Part shown: one piece after another, positions 49,201-61,971 of the stretch | Layout of the letters: every line of letters starts with the position of its first letter | Position numbering within the stretch: the stretch's first letter is position 1 | Assembly: GCA_013265495.1 (NCBI GenBank) | Contig: MU058687.1 | Location: 1 to 64,000 of the forward strand | DNA: 64,000 nucleotides | Direction: 5' to 3' | Source: Vicugna vicugna | Lineage: Eukaryota | Position numbers and translations under genes: made by a program | Notes under the pieces: generated by a model | What the model was told of the DNA's origin: nothing | The model's database searches: none | Seen by the model: the letters and a program-made list of their open reading frames with translations, nothing else

Positions 49201-52129
49201 ATCTGGGCCAGTGATGGCCCTCTGCTATTTCCTTCTCAGGCTTTGAGACAGATTTCCCCATCAAGGGTCTGCACTGACTTTTTTTTAAAAGTCAACTCCT
49301 TCAGGATGAATGATGGGAGCAAAGATTCATCTTGCTAATCCTCCCGTTAGGGCCAGGGTTCACAGCCTGGGCCCCCTCCTTGGGAACAAGAGGGCAAACT
49401 GAGAAAAAAGACAAGACTTTTCATTTCCATTCATTCCTACCCCAAAAGCTCTTGGTCTGTGGTTTCCTCTTCTTCTGAAGAGGGGAAGTGAGGTTCGAGA
49501 TAGAGAAGGAAGGATAATAAGCCAGAGGACAAAGCCCTTTGATGGCCCTGAGGTTGTGGGGGAGCTGTTAATTGGGATGAAAGACATGAAGAATCCCAGG
49601 AGATGCTTCAATGATGCTCACATCCCAGATAACCAAGGCATAGCCCAGTTGCCAGGACACAGGGAAACAGAAATCCAGTCAGTGGGAGGTGATGACAGGA
49701 AAGAAGTAGGCAGATCTAGATCTGATACACAGGCTTCTACAAAGAACTGTGCCCCAGGGGAGCATCACAAACTGCTGAAGACTGGTTAGTGAAGAGAGGA
49801 AGTGGACGTTGAGTGTGAGACCTTGAATCAGGAGGCCCATATTCTATTTCTAGCTCAGTCATCAGTTGATGGAAGGACCCCAAGCAAAAGATGACTGTCA
49901 AAGATGTGGCTTAATTAGCTGCCCATGAGATGGGCAGATGTTTGTGAGATGCTCTGAAATCTCTAGATGAAAAGAACATCAGGAAAAGCTATTATTATTT
50001 TGAGTGTTGATTTCATAGAGGAGTCAGAATATCTTTGAGCTCCTGTATTGGAATCACAGACCACAGTATTTGCATCTTGGGTGGATTGGAGATTTGTATT
50101 CTAATAACCTCAGTTGAAAACAAGGTCATTGTTGAGTTCCACAAGGAGTATAACCAGAAATCTCATCACTGGAGTATTGAAAATTTCCAACAAATCTCCA
50201 AAATGTTTTCTGTGCAAACAGATCCTGGCCAGGCCTAACTTGCCTAGAGGGATCTGTAGGCTATGACCTGATGACACTTCTCCCTCTCTTTCTCTAGAGC
50301 CCTCCCTCTCCTCTCTTTCTCTTTTCTGTGTGCATAAGGCTACTTAAAAACTTTGACTTATCAAAGGACATTTGGAGATTCCAAAATTTTCACCCCAAAT
50401 TGTGGCTCTCCATATCCATCCAACCACTTAGCTCCCTCCTTTTTTAAGGAAGTGGTTAAACCAGACCCTTTTTCTTTTTATTTGGCAGGAACATGGCCCT
50501 GGTATTCTACTTCACCATTCGCCCCTTGGATACTTTACTGCAAATACTCCTGCATTATTACCTCCACTGGTCTCTGTTCCACAAACCATCCAGACTGTCA
50601 TTCCAAAAGGATATGTTAGTAATTGAGTTCTTAAATGATGGTATATTCCCCTTCCTGGTCTCTCCAAAGCTAACAGGCTGACTAGACTCAAAAAAGGACT
50701 TTAACCCAAGCCTGGAACAAGGGCTTACCTGTCCTGAATAACCTAAGCAGCAGAAATCCCAGGTCACAATCATCAATAGGGACAGATATTATTTTTCTGC
50801 TATTACACAAAGTGGACAAAGGTTGTCTAACTGATGCAGAATGGAGCACTTAATAAAGCCAGAGCTGCTTGCAAACCAAGAAAAATCTCAAGAATGAGCA
50901 TGTGACAGCTAGGTATGCTTCAGGGGGAAAGCTGAGCTAAGTCTGTAGTATCACAAATAGCATGGGTAAGATCAGCATGAACTCCACTCTCAAATCCCCA
51001 AATCCTAGGATTTCAATGTTATTTATAAATTTCCAGTAGAGTTGAGGACCAATAAAAAGGAATACTTCAAGCTGTAGGTAATAAATGCATGAAACTCATT
51101 TTCCAGGAAGGGAATATAATCAGAATACAGAAACAATTAGAACAAATTTATGAATTGCAGAACCATACCTGAGTGAACCAGCCATTTTTCAATCCTGCTC
51201 TTACATCAGAATCCTAGGCTCCTCTTCTGGTTCCAGGGATTCCACTTCACTGGGTTGGAGAGGGTCCAGGGATCTGTATTCTATTTTTGCAAAGCTCCCC
51301 AAAGTGATTCTGATTCAAGTGAGTCTGATTCATAACTAGGTTTAAGGACCACCACATGAACAACCTTTCCTTCAACATAAGAAACTATTAAATAAACTAT
51401 AGGTCTGACCCAGCCTAGTAATTCCTAATCGTCAAACTTCTTGGTTAATGAATGACAACTCAAAGACAGAGACAGCTGGTATCTGTGATGTGGAACAAAC
51501 TCCAGAGTAGCCATTAGATGCGGGATCCACTGATCAAATCTAGTAGTATAATAATTCTCTGATCCCTGTAGTATAATATGTAGTATAATTCTCTGGCTCA
51601 GTTAGATCTTCCCCAAGATCTGTGAGACATTCCCACCTCAGCGATGAATCAACTGGAGCTATTCTAAAATAAGTCACTACCTTTGGAAGAATATATTCAG
51701 ATCAGCTCACCAGAACACAGTGCAGACTTCTTTAAACATTTTCCTCGTGGCTTTTTAATGCACAGTGCTTAAAGTACTAGGCATCCGTTCATTCAGTAAA
51801 TGTTCATTGTCTAAAAATTAGACACACACTCTATGCTAATGGTTTGTTGCTGATGATATAAATAAGTAAATAAAATGGTGGTAAAAGATGTGGTCCCTAG
51901 CTTCATAGGTAACTAACTATTAGGCTTTCAAAATTTTTTAATTTTATTATAGTGGCTGGGTACAGTAGAACAGCCATCCCAGGAAATTCTATGAGGGTCA
52001 TTCTACCCTCTTAGGAACACAGCATTTGAGCTTTAGATAGAGCTCGCCTAAGGCCAAGAACAACTATAAAGTGAGATGTCCATATTTTTATATGTACCTA
52101 CAAATAAAGGGTAAAATGAACTTCCAGAG

Positions 52130-52400
52130 GACAAGAACTATACTTTTTCACCTTTGTATCCACAATACCACATAGAGTGAGTACCTTGCACATAGTAAGT
52201 TAGGTTCAGTGTTTCTGAATGAATGAATGAATGAATGAAGCTTGACTCTCAGTTCTACCACTTACTGAGCATCCTATACAAGTCACAGAATTTTTCTGAC
52301 CCCCTGCTTCCTCAGGATTGGGGCAATAACTACCTTGCCCACTTGTCATACAATTAGAAATCACATGTTCTAAGAGTCACTAGCTCTGTAGCTGACACAA
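52130..52400 (+). mobile_element. L2 3' end with (GAAT)n tail, followed by a MIR remnant
   Basis: cttgcacatagtaagt...gaatgaatgaatgaatgaatgaa, then ttctaccacttactgagc...caagtcac. Confidence 0.65.
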
Positions 52401-52524
52401 GGCAATGAATGGCTGTGGGGATAGTGCAATGTTGTTACTCAATGAACAGGTAAACAGAGACCTCGAGGAACAAATTTATATGGTCAGACTGACACCTGGT
52501 GGTGCAATCTTAAAATCCACACCA

Positions 52525-52737
52525 GGATAGACTGGGATTTCAAAATTGTAGAATAGATAAACAAGATTACACTGTATAGCACAGGGAAATATACACAAAA
52601 TGTTATGATAAATCACAGAGAAAAAAATGTGACAATGAGTGTGTATATGTCCATGAATGACTGAAAAATTGTGCTGAACACTGGATTGACACAACACTGT
52701 AAAATGATTATGAATCAATAAAAAATGTAAAAAAAAA
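52525..52737 (+). mobile_element. Young short L1 3' tail
   Basis: Near-identical to 34219-34431, with poly(A). TSD aaaatccacacca (52512-52524) / aaaacccacacca (52738-52750). Confidence 0.93.
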
Positions 52738-53025
52738 AAAACCCACACCAAAAGTATAGTCAATTGCTGGTTTCAAATTTAAATTGGGAAATAATCAGGA
52801 ATTAATAAGGACTGCTTTACCCGAGTAACTTTTTTTAAAATGCAAGTAACATTATTTAATCCTCACCAGTGATTTTCAATCTTGACTGCACGTTAGAATA
52901 ATCTGCAAATCTTTTAAAATCTACTGATACCTAGTTCTCACCCTCAGGGATTCTGACTTAATTTGCAGGAGGTATGGCACAGGCTGCTACATTTTTAAAA
53001 AGCAATGTTAATATGCAGCCAGGTT

Positions 53026-55255
53026 CCTAGCCACAGAAATCAGGCATGAGAGAGAAATAAAAGGGATCCAAATTGGGAAAGAAGTGGTAAAAGTGTCGCT
53101 ATATGCAGATGACATGATACTATATGTAGAAAACCCAAAAAGGTCCACACAAAAACTACTAGAAATAATCAAAGAATTCAGCAAGGTAGCAGCTTACAAG
53201 ATTAACGTTCAAAAATCAGTTGCATTTCTTTACACTAATGATTAACCAACAGAAAAAGAAAGTAAAGAAACAATCCCCTTTAAAATAGCACCCAAAGTAA
53301 TAAAATATCTGGGAATAAATCTAACCAAAGAGGTGAAAGACTTATACATGGAAAACTATAAAACACTGATTAAGGAAATTAAAGAAGACTTAAAAAGATG
53401 GAAAGATACCCCATGCTCCTGGATTGGAAGAATGAATATTGTTAAAATGGTCATACTGCCCAAGGCAGTCTACAGATTTAATGCAATCCCTATCAAATTA
53501 CCCAGGACATATTTCACAGAACTAGAACAAATAATAAAATTTATATGGAACCACAAAAGACCTAGAATTGCCAAAATATTACTGAAGAAAAAGAAAGAGG
53601 CTGGAGGAATAACTCTCCCAGACTTCAGACAATACTATAGAGCTACAGTAATCAAAACAGCATGGTGTTGGTACAAAAACAGACATATGGACCAATGGAA
53701 CAGAATAGAGAGCTCAGAAATGAACCCACAAACTTTTGGTCAACTAATCTTTGACAAAGGAGGAAAGAATATGGAATAAAGATAGTCTTTTCAGCAAATG
53801 GTGTTGGGAAAACTGGACAGCAGCATGTAAAACAATGAAGCTAGAACACTCCCTTACACCATACACAAAAATAAACTCAAAATGGATCAGAGACTTAAAC
53901 ATAAGACAAGATATGATAAACTTCCTAGAAGAAAATATAGGCAAAACATTATCTCACATACATCTCACAAATGTTCTCCCCAAGCAATAGAAATAAAAGT
54001 AAGAATAAACAAATGGAACCTAATTAAACTTACAAGCTTCTGCACAGCAAAGGAAACCATAAGTAAAACAAAATGACAACCTACGGAATGGGAGAAAATT
54101 TTTGCAAATGAAACCGACAAAGGCTTGATCTCCAGAATATATAAGCAGCTCATATGACTTAATAAGTAAAAAAAAAAACTCCAAAAATGGGCAGAAGGCC
54201 TAAACAAGCAATTCTCCAAGGAAGAAATACAAATGATCAATAGGCACATGAAAAAATGCTCAATATCACTAATTTATCAGAGAAATGCAAATCAAAACTA
54301 CAATGAGGTATTACCTCACACCAGTCAGAACGGCCAACATTCAAAAGTCCACAAATGACAAATGCTGGAGGGGCTGTGGAGAAAAGGGAACCCTCTACAC
54401 TGTTGGTGGGAATGTAGTTTGGTGCAGCCACTATGGAAACAGTATGGAGATTCCTTTAAAAACTAAAAACAGACTTATTGTATGCTCTAACAATCCCACT
54501 CCTGGGCATGTATCCAGAGGAAACTCAAATTCGAAAGATACATACACCCCAACAACCCAATGCTCATAGCATCACTATTTACAATAGCCAAGATACAGAA
54601 GTAACTTAAATGCCCATCAACAGATGATTGGATACAACTCAGTCATAAAAAAGAATAAAATAATGTCATTTGCAGCAACATGGATGGACCTAGAGACTGT
54701 CATACTAAGTAAAGTAAGCCAAAAAGAGAAAGAAAAATACCATATGATATCACTTATATGTGGAATCTTAAAAAAAAAAAGAAAAGACACAAGCAAACTT
54801 ATTTACGAAACAGAAACAGACTCACAGACATAGAAAACAAACTTATGGTTACTAGGGGGAAGGGGATGAGGTGGGATAAACTGTGAGTTTGGGATTTGCA
54901 GATTCTAACTACTATATATAAAACAGGTAAAACAACAAAGTCCTACTGTACAGCACAGGGAACTATATTCAATACCTTATAATAGCCTATAATGAAAAAG
55001 AATATGAAAAGAAATATATAAGGGGGGAAGGTAAGGCTCAAATGGTAGAGTGCATGCTTAGCATGCACGAGGTCATGGGTTCAATCCCCAGTGCCTCCTC
55101 CAAAAATAAATGAATAAACCTGATTACCTCCCCTGCAAAAATAAAAAATTAAAATTAAAAAAAGAAAAGAAATATATATATTCAACTGAATCGCTATTTT
55201 TTCATCAGAAATTACCACAACATTGTAAACTGACTCTACTTCAATTTTTTTAAAA
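53026..55255 (+). mobile_element. 5'-truncated L1 (ORF2 from RT domain to 3'UTR)
   Basis: YADDM motif near 53100; ORF 53333-53779 ([15 protein letters not shown]); C-terminal remnants; 3'UTR to about 55245. No clear TSD seen. Confidence 0.95.
55021..55163 (+). mobile_element. Vic-1-like SINE nested in the L1 3'UTR
   Basis: SINE body. Perfect 15-bp TSD gaaaagaaatatata (55006-55020 / 55164-55178). Confidence 0.92.
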
Positions 55256-55305
55256 AGATAAATTTAAAGCTTTTTCTTTTTTTTCTCTTAAGATTCAGTT
55301 ATTTA

Positions 55306-57544
55306 CAGGTCTCATCAAGATGGCAGAGTGGTAGGACCACGAGCTTGCCTCTCCTTGAGACTACAATGAAACCACAACTGAATGCTAAACAACCATCGAA
55401 AAAAGACTGGAACCTAGCAAAAAAGATCTTCTGCAACTGGAAACACAAAGGAGGAACCACAGCAGGATGGTAGGAGGGGTGTGTTCACAATATAATTGGG
55501 CCCCATACCCCGGGGTTGGGCGACCCACAAGCTGAAGATTTGTTAAGTCACAGAGGCCCTCCCACAGGAGTGAGAGCTCTAAGCCCCACGTCAGTCTCCC
55601 AAGCTCGGGTCCCGGCATTGGGAAGAGAAGGAGACCCCAGGACATCTGGTTTTGAAGGACAGGGGGGAGTGGCTCTGGAAGCCTTAGAGGACTGGGGGAA
55701 ACGGAGACTCCATTTGCTTGAGAAGCCTACATGGAAACTCACATGCACCGGGTCCAAGGACAGAGGCAGTGATTTCATAGGAACCTGGGCCAGACCTGCC
55801 TGCTGGATTTGGATGGTCTCCTGGGGATGTGGGGGATGGCTGCTGCTCACTCAGGGGACATAAAAGCTGGTGGCAGACATTCTGGGAGTGTTAATCTACA
55901 TAAGCTTTCCTGGAGGCTGACGTCTTGAATGGATCATTAGCATCAAGACCTAGCCCCACCCAACAGCCTGTAGGGAAGCCTCAGGCCAAACAACATACAG
56001 GGTGGGAACATCGGCAGACTCCCTGAGCCACAAAGGCCTCTAGACACAGCCCTACCCACCAGAGGTCCAGGACCAAGCTTTACCCAGCAGTGAGTAGGCA
56101 CCAGCTCCTCCTGCCAGGAAACCTGCATAAGCCTCTAGTCCAGCCTCATCCACCAGGGGCAGATACTAGAAATAAGAAAACAATGATCTCAAAGCCTGTA
56201 GAAGGAATCCACAAACACATAGAAAGATAGACAATATGAGGCGGCAAAGGAGTATCTCCCAGGCCAAGCCACAAAATCCCAGAAGAAGAAATAAGTGATG
56301 AGGAGATAGGTAATTTATCTGAGAAAGAGTTTAAACTAATGATGGCCAAGATGTCAGAGAACTCAAGAGGAGTATAGATGCACAGAGTGAAGTTTCTAGC
56401 AAAGAGTTGGAACATATAAAGAATACCCAAACAGAGTTGAAGAATAAAATCACTGAAATAAACAATACACTAGAAGGAACCCAGAATAGACTAAATGGGG
56501 CAGAAGGATGGATTAATGAGCTAGAAGACAGATTAGTGGAAATCAGTACTTCAGAACAGAGAAAAGAAAAAAGAATAAAAAGGAATGAGGATAGTTTAAG
56601 AGAACTCTGGGGCAACATGAAGAGCTCTAATATTCGCATTATAGTGGTCCCAGAAAGAGAAGAGAGAGAGAAAGGACCTGAGAAAATTTGGGGAGAGATA
56701 ATAACCGAAAATCCCCCAACTTGGGAAAGGAAACAGTCACCCAGGTCCTGGAAGCACAGAGTACCGCACAGGATCAACCCAAAGGGGAACATACCAAGGC
56801 ACATAGCTATCAAATTGACAACAATTAAGGATAAGGAGAAAATATTAAAATTAGCAAGAGAAAAGCAACCAATAACAAACAAGGGAACTCCCATAAGGTT
56901 ATCAGCTGATTTTTCAGCAGAAACTCTACACGGCAGAACGGAGTGGCATGATATATTTAAAGTGATGCAAGGGGGAAACTTACAACCAAGAATACTCTAT
57001 CCATCAAGGCTCTCATTCAGACTTGATGGAGAAATCAAAAGCTTCACAGATAAACAAAAGCTAAAAGATTTCAGCACCACCAAACCAGCTTTACAACAAA
57101 TGTTAAAGGACCTTCTCTAGTCATCAAACCATAAGAAAAGAGAACAAAAAGAAGAAAGAGGAAAAAAAGAGAGAGAGAAACCTACAAAAGATTGCTTTGG
57201 CTGTTCGGTGTCTTTTGTGGTTCCTTATAAATTTTGGAATTGTTTGTTCTAGTTCTGTGAGGAAAGTTGTGAGTATTTTGATGGGAATTGTGTTGGATCT
57301 GTGGATTGCTTTGGGTAGTGTGGCCATTTTGATAATGTTGATTCTTCCAATCCAAGAGCACAAGAAATCTTTCCATTTCTTTGTATCATTTTGGTTTTCA
57401 GAGTATAGGTAACCTCCTTGGTTAAGTTTATTTCTAGGTATTTTGTTGTTTGTGATGTAATAGAAATGTTTCTGCCAGTTATAAAATTCTGGTTTTTGAA
57501 GTGAAAAAAAAAACTGAATGAAGGACCACAAATGACAAAAAAAA
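55306..57544 (+). mobile_element. Complete ORF1-only (HAL1-like) L1 derivative, copy B
   Basis: Perfect 16-bp TSD aagattcagttattta (55290-55305 / 57545-57560) at a TT/AAGA site. 5' caagatggc motif, 930-bp 5'UTR, ORF1, antisense ORF2 piece (about 57188-57470) and A10 tail. Confidence 0.88.
56236..57120 (+). pseudogene. L1 ORF1p remnant (copy B)
   Basis: Same N-terminal frameshifts as copy A. Open frame 56407-57120 runs to a natural-looking ORF1 end (...QQMLKDLL*). Confidence 0.92.
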
Positions 57545-58749
57545 AAGATTCAGTTATTTATTTCATAGATTAAATACATAAAGCACCATAGGATCTTCTC
57601 ATTTTGTATTCTCCTACTTCTTCATGGGAAGGTCAATTTCACCGATGAAAAGAGATAGTAAAATGTTTGTATGGCTATTCTCCCAACTCCTATTTAGAAA
57701 ACAAATGATTATGCTAACTTTGCAGGGTCAGGATACCATGGCCATTAAATAAAGTGTTTTTTTCCTTTTCTGAGATCAGGGATACGTTAAAGAAATATAA
57801 TGGATTAAATAAAGCATCCAATATTGAGTTCCAGGAAACTGCTACTGCATACTCACATGTTTGGCCAATAACAATTGAGGTGATAGGTATTCACAGGTAA
57901 CATAAAATGAAAGGGTTAAATCTTAACATCTGAGACTGTGTCCCTAAATTGGCCTCCCACAGAGATCCTCAGAGGACAGATGATCTTGAAGGGCATGGGA
58001 AGCACAAGTCCCTTCCAAACCAATCGTGTAGAAAGTGCCAGCTCAGCCCAGGCATGGAAAATGAATGGGGCCTCGTTGGCTCATTGAGGAAGCCTGCAGG
58101 CTCTTATAGAGATGGATGGCATCCAGGCCACTGTCTGACTCAATTACTTGCTAGGATGATTTCCCTGAATTTTATGAGGTGTTTTCCTTTGGTTGGTGCT
58201 GGGCCGCATATGGGAGCAGGCTGAGGGTGCTGAGAGTCAGCCAAGTGGGCAATAATCTCGAAACTCGCCATCTGAAAAGTCTGCGTCAGGAGTCACAAAC
58301 TGTCAGCCCAAGGGCAAAATTTGGCTCACAAATGGTTTAACAGTGTTAGTTTACCATGTTTGTATTATTTTTAAATTAATTGTCAGCATTTTATACTGGA
58401 GAGGTTTCATGTAAAAACCTAGGTTTTTTGCACGCGATATAATGTAGAGAGCCTTGACTGTCCTGGTCACTGCTGTATCACAGACCCCAGAACAGTACCT
58501 AGAACATAATAACTGTTCAGTAAGTATTTCTTAAAGGAATGTCTTTCAAAAAACAGTCCTGTGAAATAGGAATTACTGTCACCAATTTACAGCAAGTAAA
58601 TCTCAGAGAATTTAAGTAATTCACAAAATTGATAACTGATAAACAGCAGAATACTAGGACTCATGTGTATTGACTTCCAAACTGGTGTTCTGTTTACTAT
58701 GTCACATCCTATGCTGGTGGGCCTTTCAGTCATGAAAGGCTTTCAATTT

Positions 58750-59430
58750 AGACTTTTTAAAAACAGCTTAACTGAGATAAAATTAACACACCATACAATT
58801 CACCCATTTAAAGTGTATGATGTTATAGCACAGGGAACTATATTCAGTATCTTGTGATAACCTTTAATAAAAAAGAATATGACAACAAATATATGTATGC
58901 ATATGCATGACTGGGACATTGTGCTGTACACTAGAAATTGACACATTGTAACTGACTGTACTTCAATTAAAAAAATTTTTTTTAAGTATATGATGCAAAA
59001 TTTTTTGGTATCTTCCCAGGATTATACAGTCATCCTACCACAATCTAATTTTAGAACATATTTGTTCCTCCTATAAGAAACCCCACTAGCAGTCAATTCC
59101 TGTTCCCCTCTCTGATGTTCCCTCCTACATTTCCACCTGTCCCAAGCCCAAGCTATCATCAAATTTCTATAAATTTCTGTCCTCTGGAAATTTCATATAA
59201 GTGAAACAATACAATATGTGATTTTGTTAATTGGCTTCTTTCACTTGGTATAATGTGTTCAGGGTTCACCAGGTTATAGCAGGTATCAGTACTTTATTAC
59301 TTTTTATTGACAATATTTTATTGTATGGATATACCAAAGTTTATTTATCCATCCATTAGTTGATGGACATTTGGGTTTTTCCACTTCTTGGCTATCATGA
59401 ATAATACTGCTATGAACATTCATGTGAGTT
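58750..59430 (-). mobile_element. Old L1MB-like 3'UTR, antisense
   Basis: actgagataaaattaacacaccatacaattcacccatttaaagtgta...ggcttctttcacttgg...gatggacatttggg. Confidence 0.85.
58823..58983 (+). mobile_element. Short L1 3' tail nested in the older L1
   Basis: tatagcacagggaactatattcag...cttcaattaaaaaaa. TSD aagtgtatgatg (58811-58822) / aagtatatgatg (58984-58995). Confidence 0.88.
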
Positions 59431-61670
59431 TAAATTTTTGACATTGTTTCAAAAGTTAGTCATTGTAATTTTTTGTGTGAAAAGCAATACTTTAAATGTG
59501 TACATTAAAAATCTACCGTATTTTAAAAAATTCAGTTTTCGCACTTCATTTTTAAAAACATAGCTGAAGTCTCAAAAAAGTCAGAGTCTCCAGCTTACTT
59601 TTGACCTCTGAAAGGCTCTGATGTTGCCTCCACCAAATGAGCCCATTTTATCCAACTAGACAACAAACTCCTTTGAGTCCTTATACTTCCTGATGTATCC
59701 ATCATGGCTAAATAATTCCTGCATTTGGTAAATACCTGCTGACAAAATACAGTTCTTCTAGAAACGATGGGGTAGAGTTGGGAGGATTAATTGATAACTA
59801 ATAGGAGGCTGTGGGAGAGGAGAGAGTAAACACAAGGGGCTTTCCTCCTGACCCACAATCCCCACTTTGCTGTTGGTCTGGTCAGGAAAATTTCTTTTGA
59901 TGTAGTTCCCCAAGGGATGCTGACTTAGATGGAATGTATAGACTAATAAAGATGTGAATCTTGGTTGGAAAATGGACAATTTCTCTAGATCTTGACCCAG
60001 AGAAGGTCAGCACGGTGTTTCTCCCACATGCTGGGCCAAACAGAAGCTTCCTTCTATGCAGGATAGGGAGCCTGTATAATCAACCAGTGGAGTTAATTGA
60101 TGTCTGCGGCAGGAAGAAGGAGAGGAAAGATGAAAAGAGGAGCCATGGAAAGGAAAGAGCCGAGACATTCTGAATGAGAAGAGAATCTTTAACAACTGCC
60201 TCAATCAGGAAGGACGCACAAGGATTTGTGGAACCACTATTTTGTTGTTACAACATTTTACTAATATGAAGAGACACAGAGAGAAAGCAGGAGAGTAAGG
60301 AGAATGGATGCCCAGCTTCCTTATTGTGAAGTAACAAATGAAAAGATTTGGAAACAGGAGAGGAAAATGGAGCTGCCATGGACCCCTGCCAAATTCCTTC
60401 CTCTAGCTTTTCTCCTGTCCTTCCCCTCACCTGAAAGGTCTTCCCTCCTCGCCTCACTAAGTCTAAGTCCTGTGCAGTCTCTGAGATCCGTGACTACTCC
60501 AGCACTCTCCACCCCCACCCCGGACTCCCACGGCACATCTGCTGTGTACCACACAATTCCCACTAGATTAAGCATATTGTCTTTGAAAGGTTCTTATATG
60601 TATGTCTTATAAAACCCCTTGTAAACTCCTCAAAGACAAGGGTTGTTTCTTCCTCTGCTGCTACATCTCCCACAGTGCAGATGGCCTAACAGACCCTCTG
60701 TGTGTCCTTGGTGATTGACTGAAGGGTTCAGTTTAGCTCTCTGATTCCTGCCAGAGATGCAGAGAGCACAATCAAGTCCTTTCACTATGAAATGACAAAG
60801 TCGAAGATAAAAGGGCTGAGAAAGTACTCTTACAGAATTATTTATTGTCTCCAATGTCTTATGGTAGCCAGATCCCAGAATTTTCAGATTTGATAGATGT
60901 GGAAATAAGTTTGATATGTGCGGTAGTGCTTTTGGGATTCGTATTTCACTTGGATGGAATGTGTAAATTAATAAAGACATGGGTTACATGAGTCAGGAAA
61001 AGGGAAGATTTTCTGTTACGCAGTTAACTGATATCCCCCAAAGTTCTTTTTTCCCCCATGCTCCATAGCCGCTAGATGGTCATAGTGGAAATTACTGCTT
61101 TTTACATTTCTGATGATAACTGTGCTACCAGAAGAGAGAATCTGCTTAGGGGAAGAAAAAAAGAGATTTATATTGCCTTTATTTTCATCATTGAATGTCC
61201 CAAAGCTGTTTAGAGTGTAAACAGCAGTCAATGTCTAGGGAAGAAAGCTGGATTCACACTACTTTGAATTGTGGGTCTTTCCTTTTCCATGGCAATTTTT
61301 TGCGTATTGTGTGCTCTTACAGAATCCCAGCTTAGGATCCAGATATAGTTTGCAACTCTCCCATGATGCCTAAATCTTTTACGCATTAAGTACATTGAGG
61401 CTCATGAGAATTGCTAATCAGCCTTGTGAAACTGCAGTGATGTTTCCCAAGGATCTAAAAGTGGTCACATCCACCCACACAGTACAAGGTGGAAAATATT
61501 GTACTGGCTCAGTTTTCTTGTAATAGTCCAGTGACATGGCTTCCTCATTGCCTTGTGCATTACAGTTAAAGAACCTGCTATAGAACAAGACTAGACTTGT
61601 GGATAAAAACCATCACCTAAGATTTTCTTTCTTAGACAAATGGGATTCTAGTTTGGGTTTCAAAGAGCTC

Positions 61671-61676
61671 TTTATT
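61671..61676 (-). terminator. Candidate poly(A) signal for HEATR4
   Basis: First canonical AATAAA I could find on the minus strand after the stop codon (about 300 nt downstream). A nearer TATAAA variant lies at 61872-61877. Confidence 0.3.
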
Positions 61677-61971
61677 TAGCTTGCAAAAGATTTTGGGTCA
61701 TTCAATATTTCTGCTCTAGTAAAATCTGGAGTTCTGACCTATATGTAGCATATGAGTTTTCTGGGTTATGGAAAAATACGCACTATCACTTCATGTGATG
61801 TCAGTTTTCTTTAACTCCCTGTGTAAATGGTGCATATTAAAAAGGCAGGTCTACTGTTAAATAGATTTTTCTTTATAAACATAATGACAAAATGATTATA
61901 CATCAATAAAAGAGACAGAATGTGACTGTGTCCACTACTGCCTGTGTCTTGAAGCAAGAGAAGGGCTCATC

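Noticed and set aside
17343..55163. tRNA genes at the six A-box/B-box sequences
   Set aside because: Each continues into a shared non-tRNA body and an A-rich tail, most with TSDs, so they are SINEs.
1..57540. The two long direct repeats as LTRs of one giant element or ends of a segmental duplication
   Set aside because: They are L1-derived without TG...CA ends, copy B has its own TSD and poly(A), and the right-hand flanks are unrelated.
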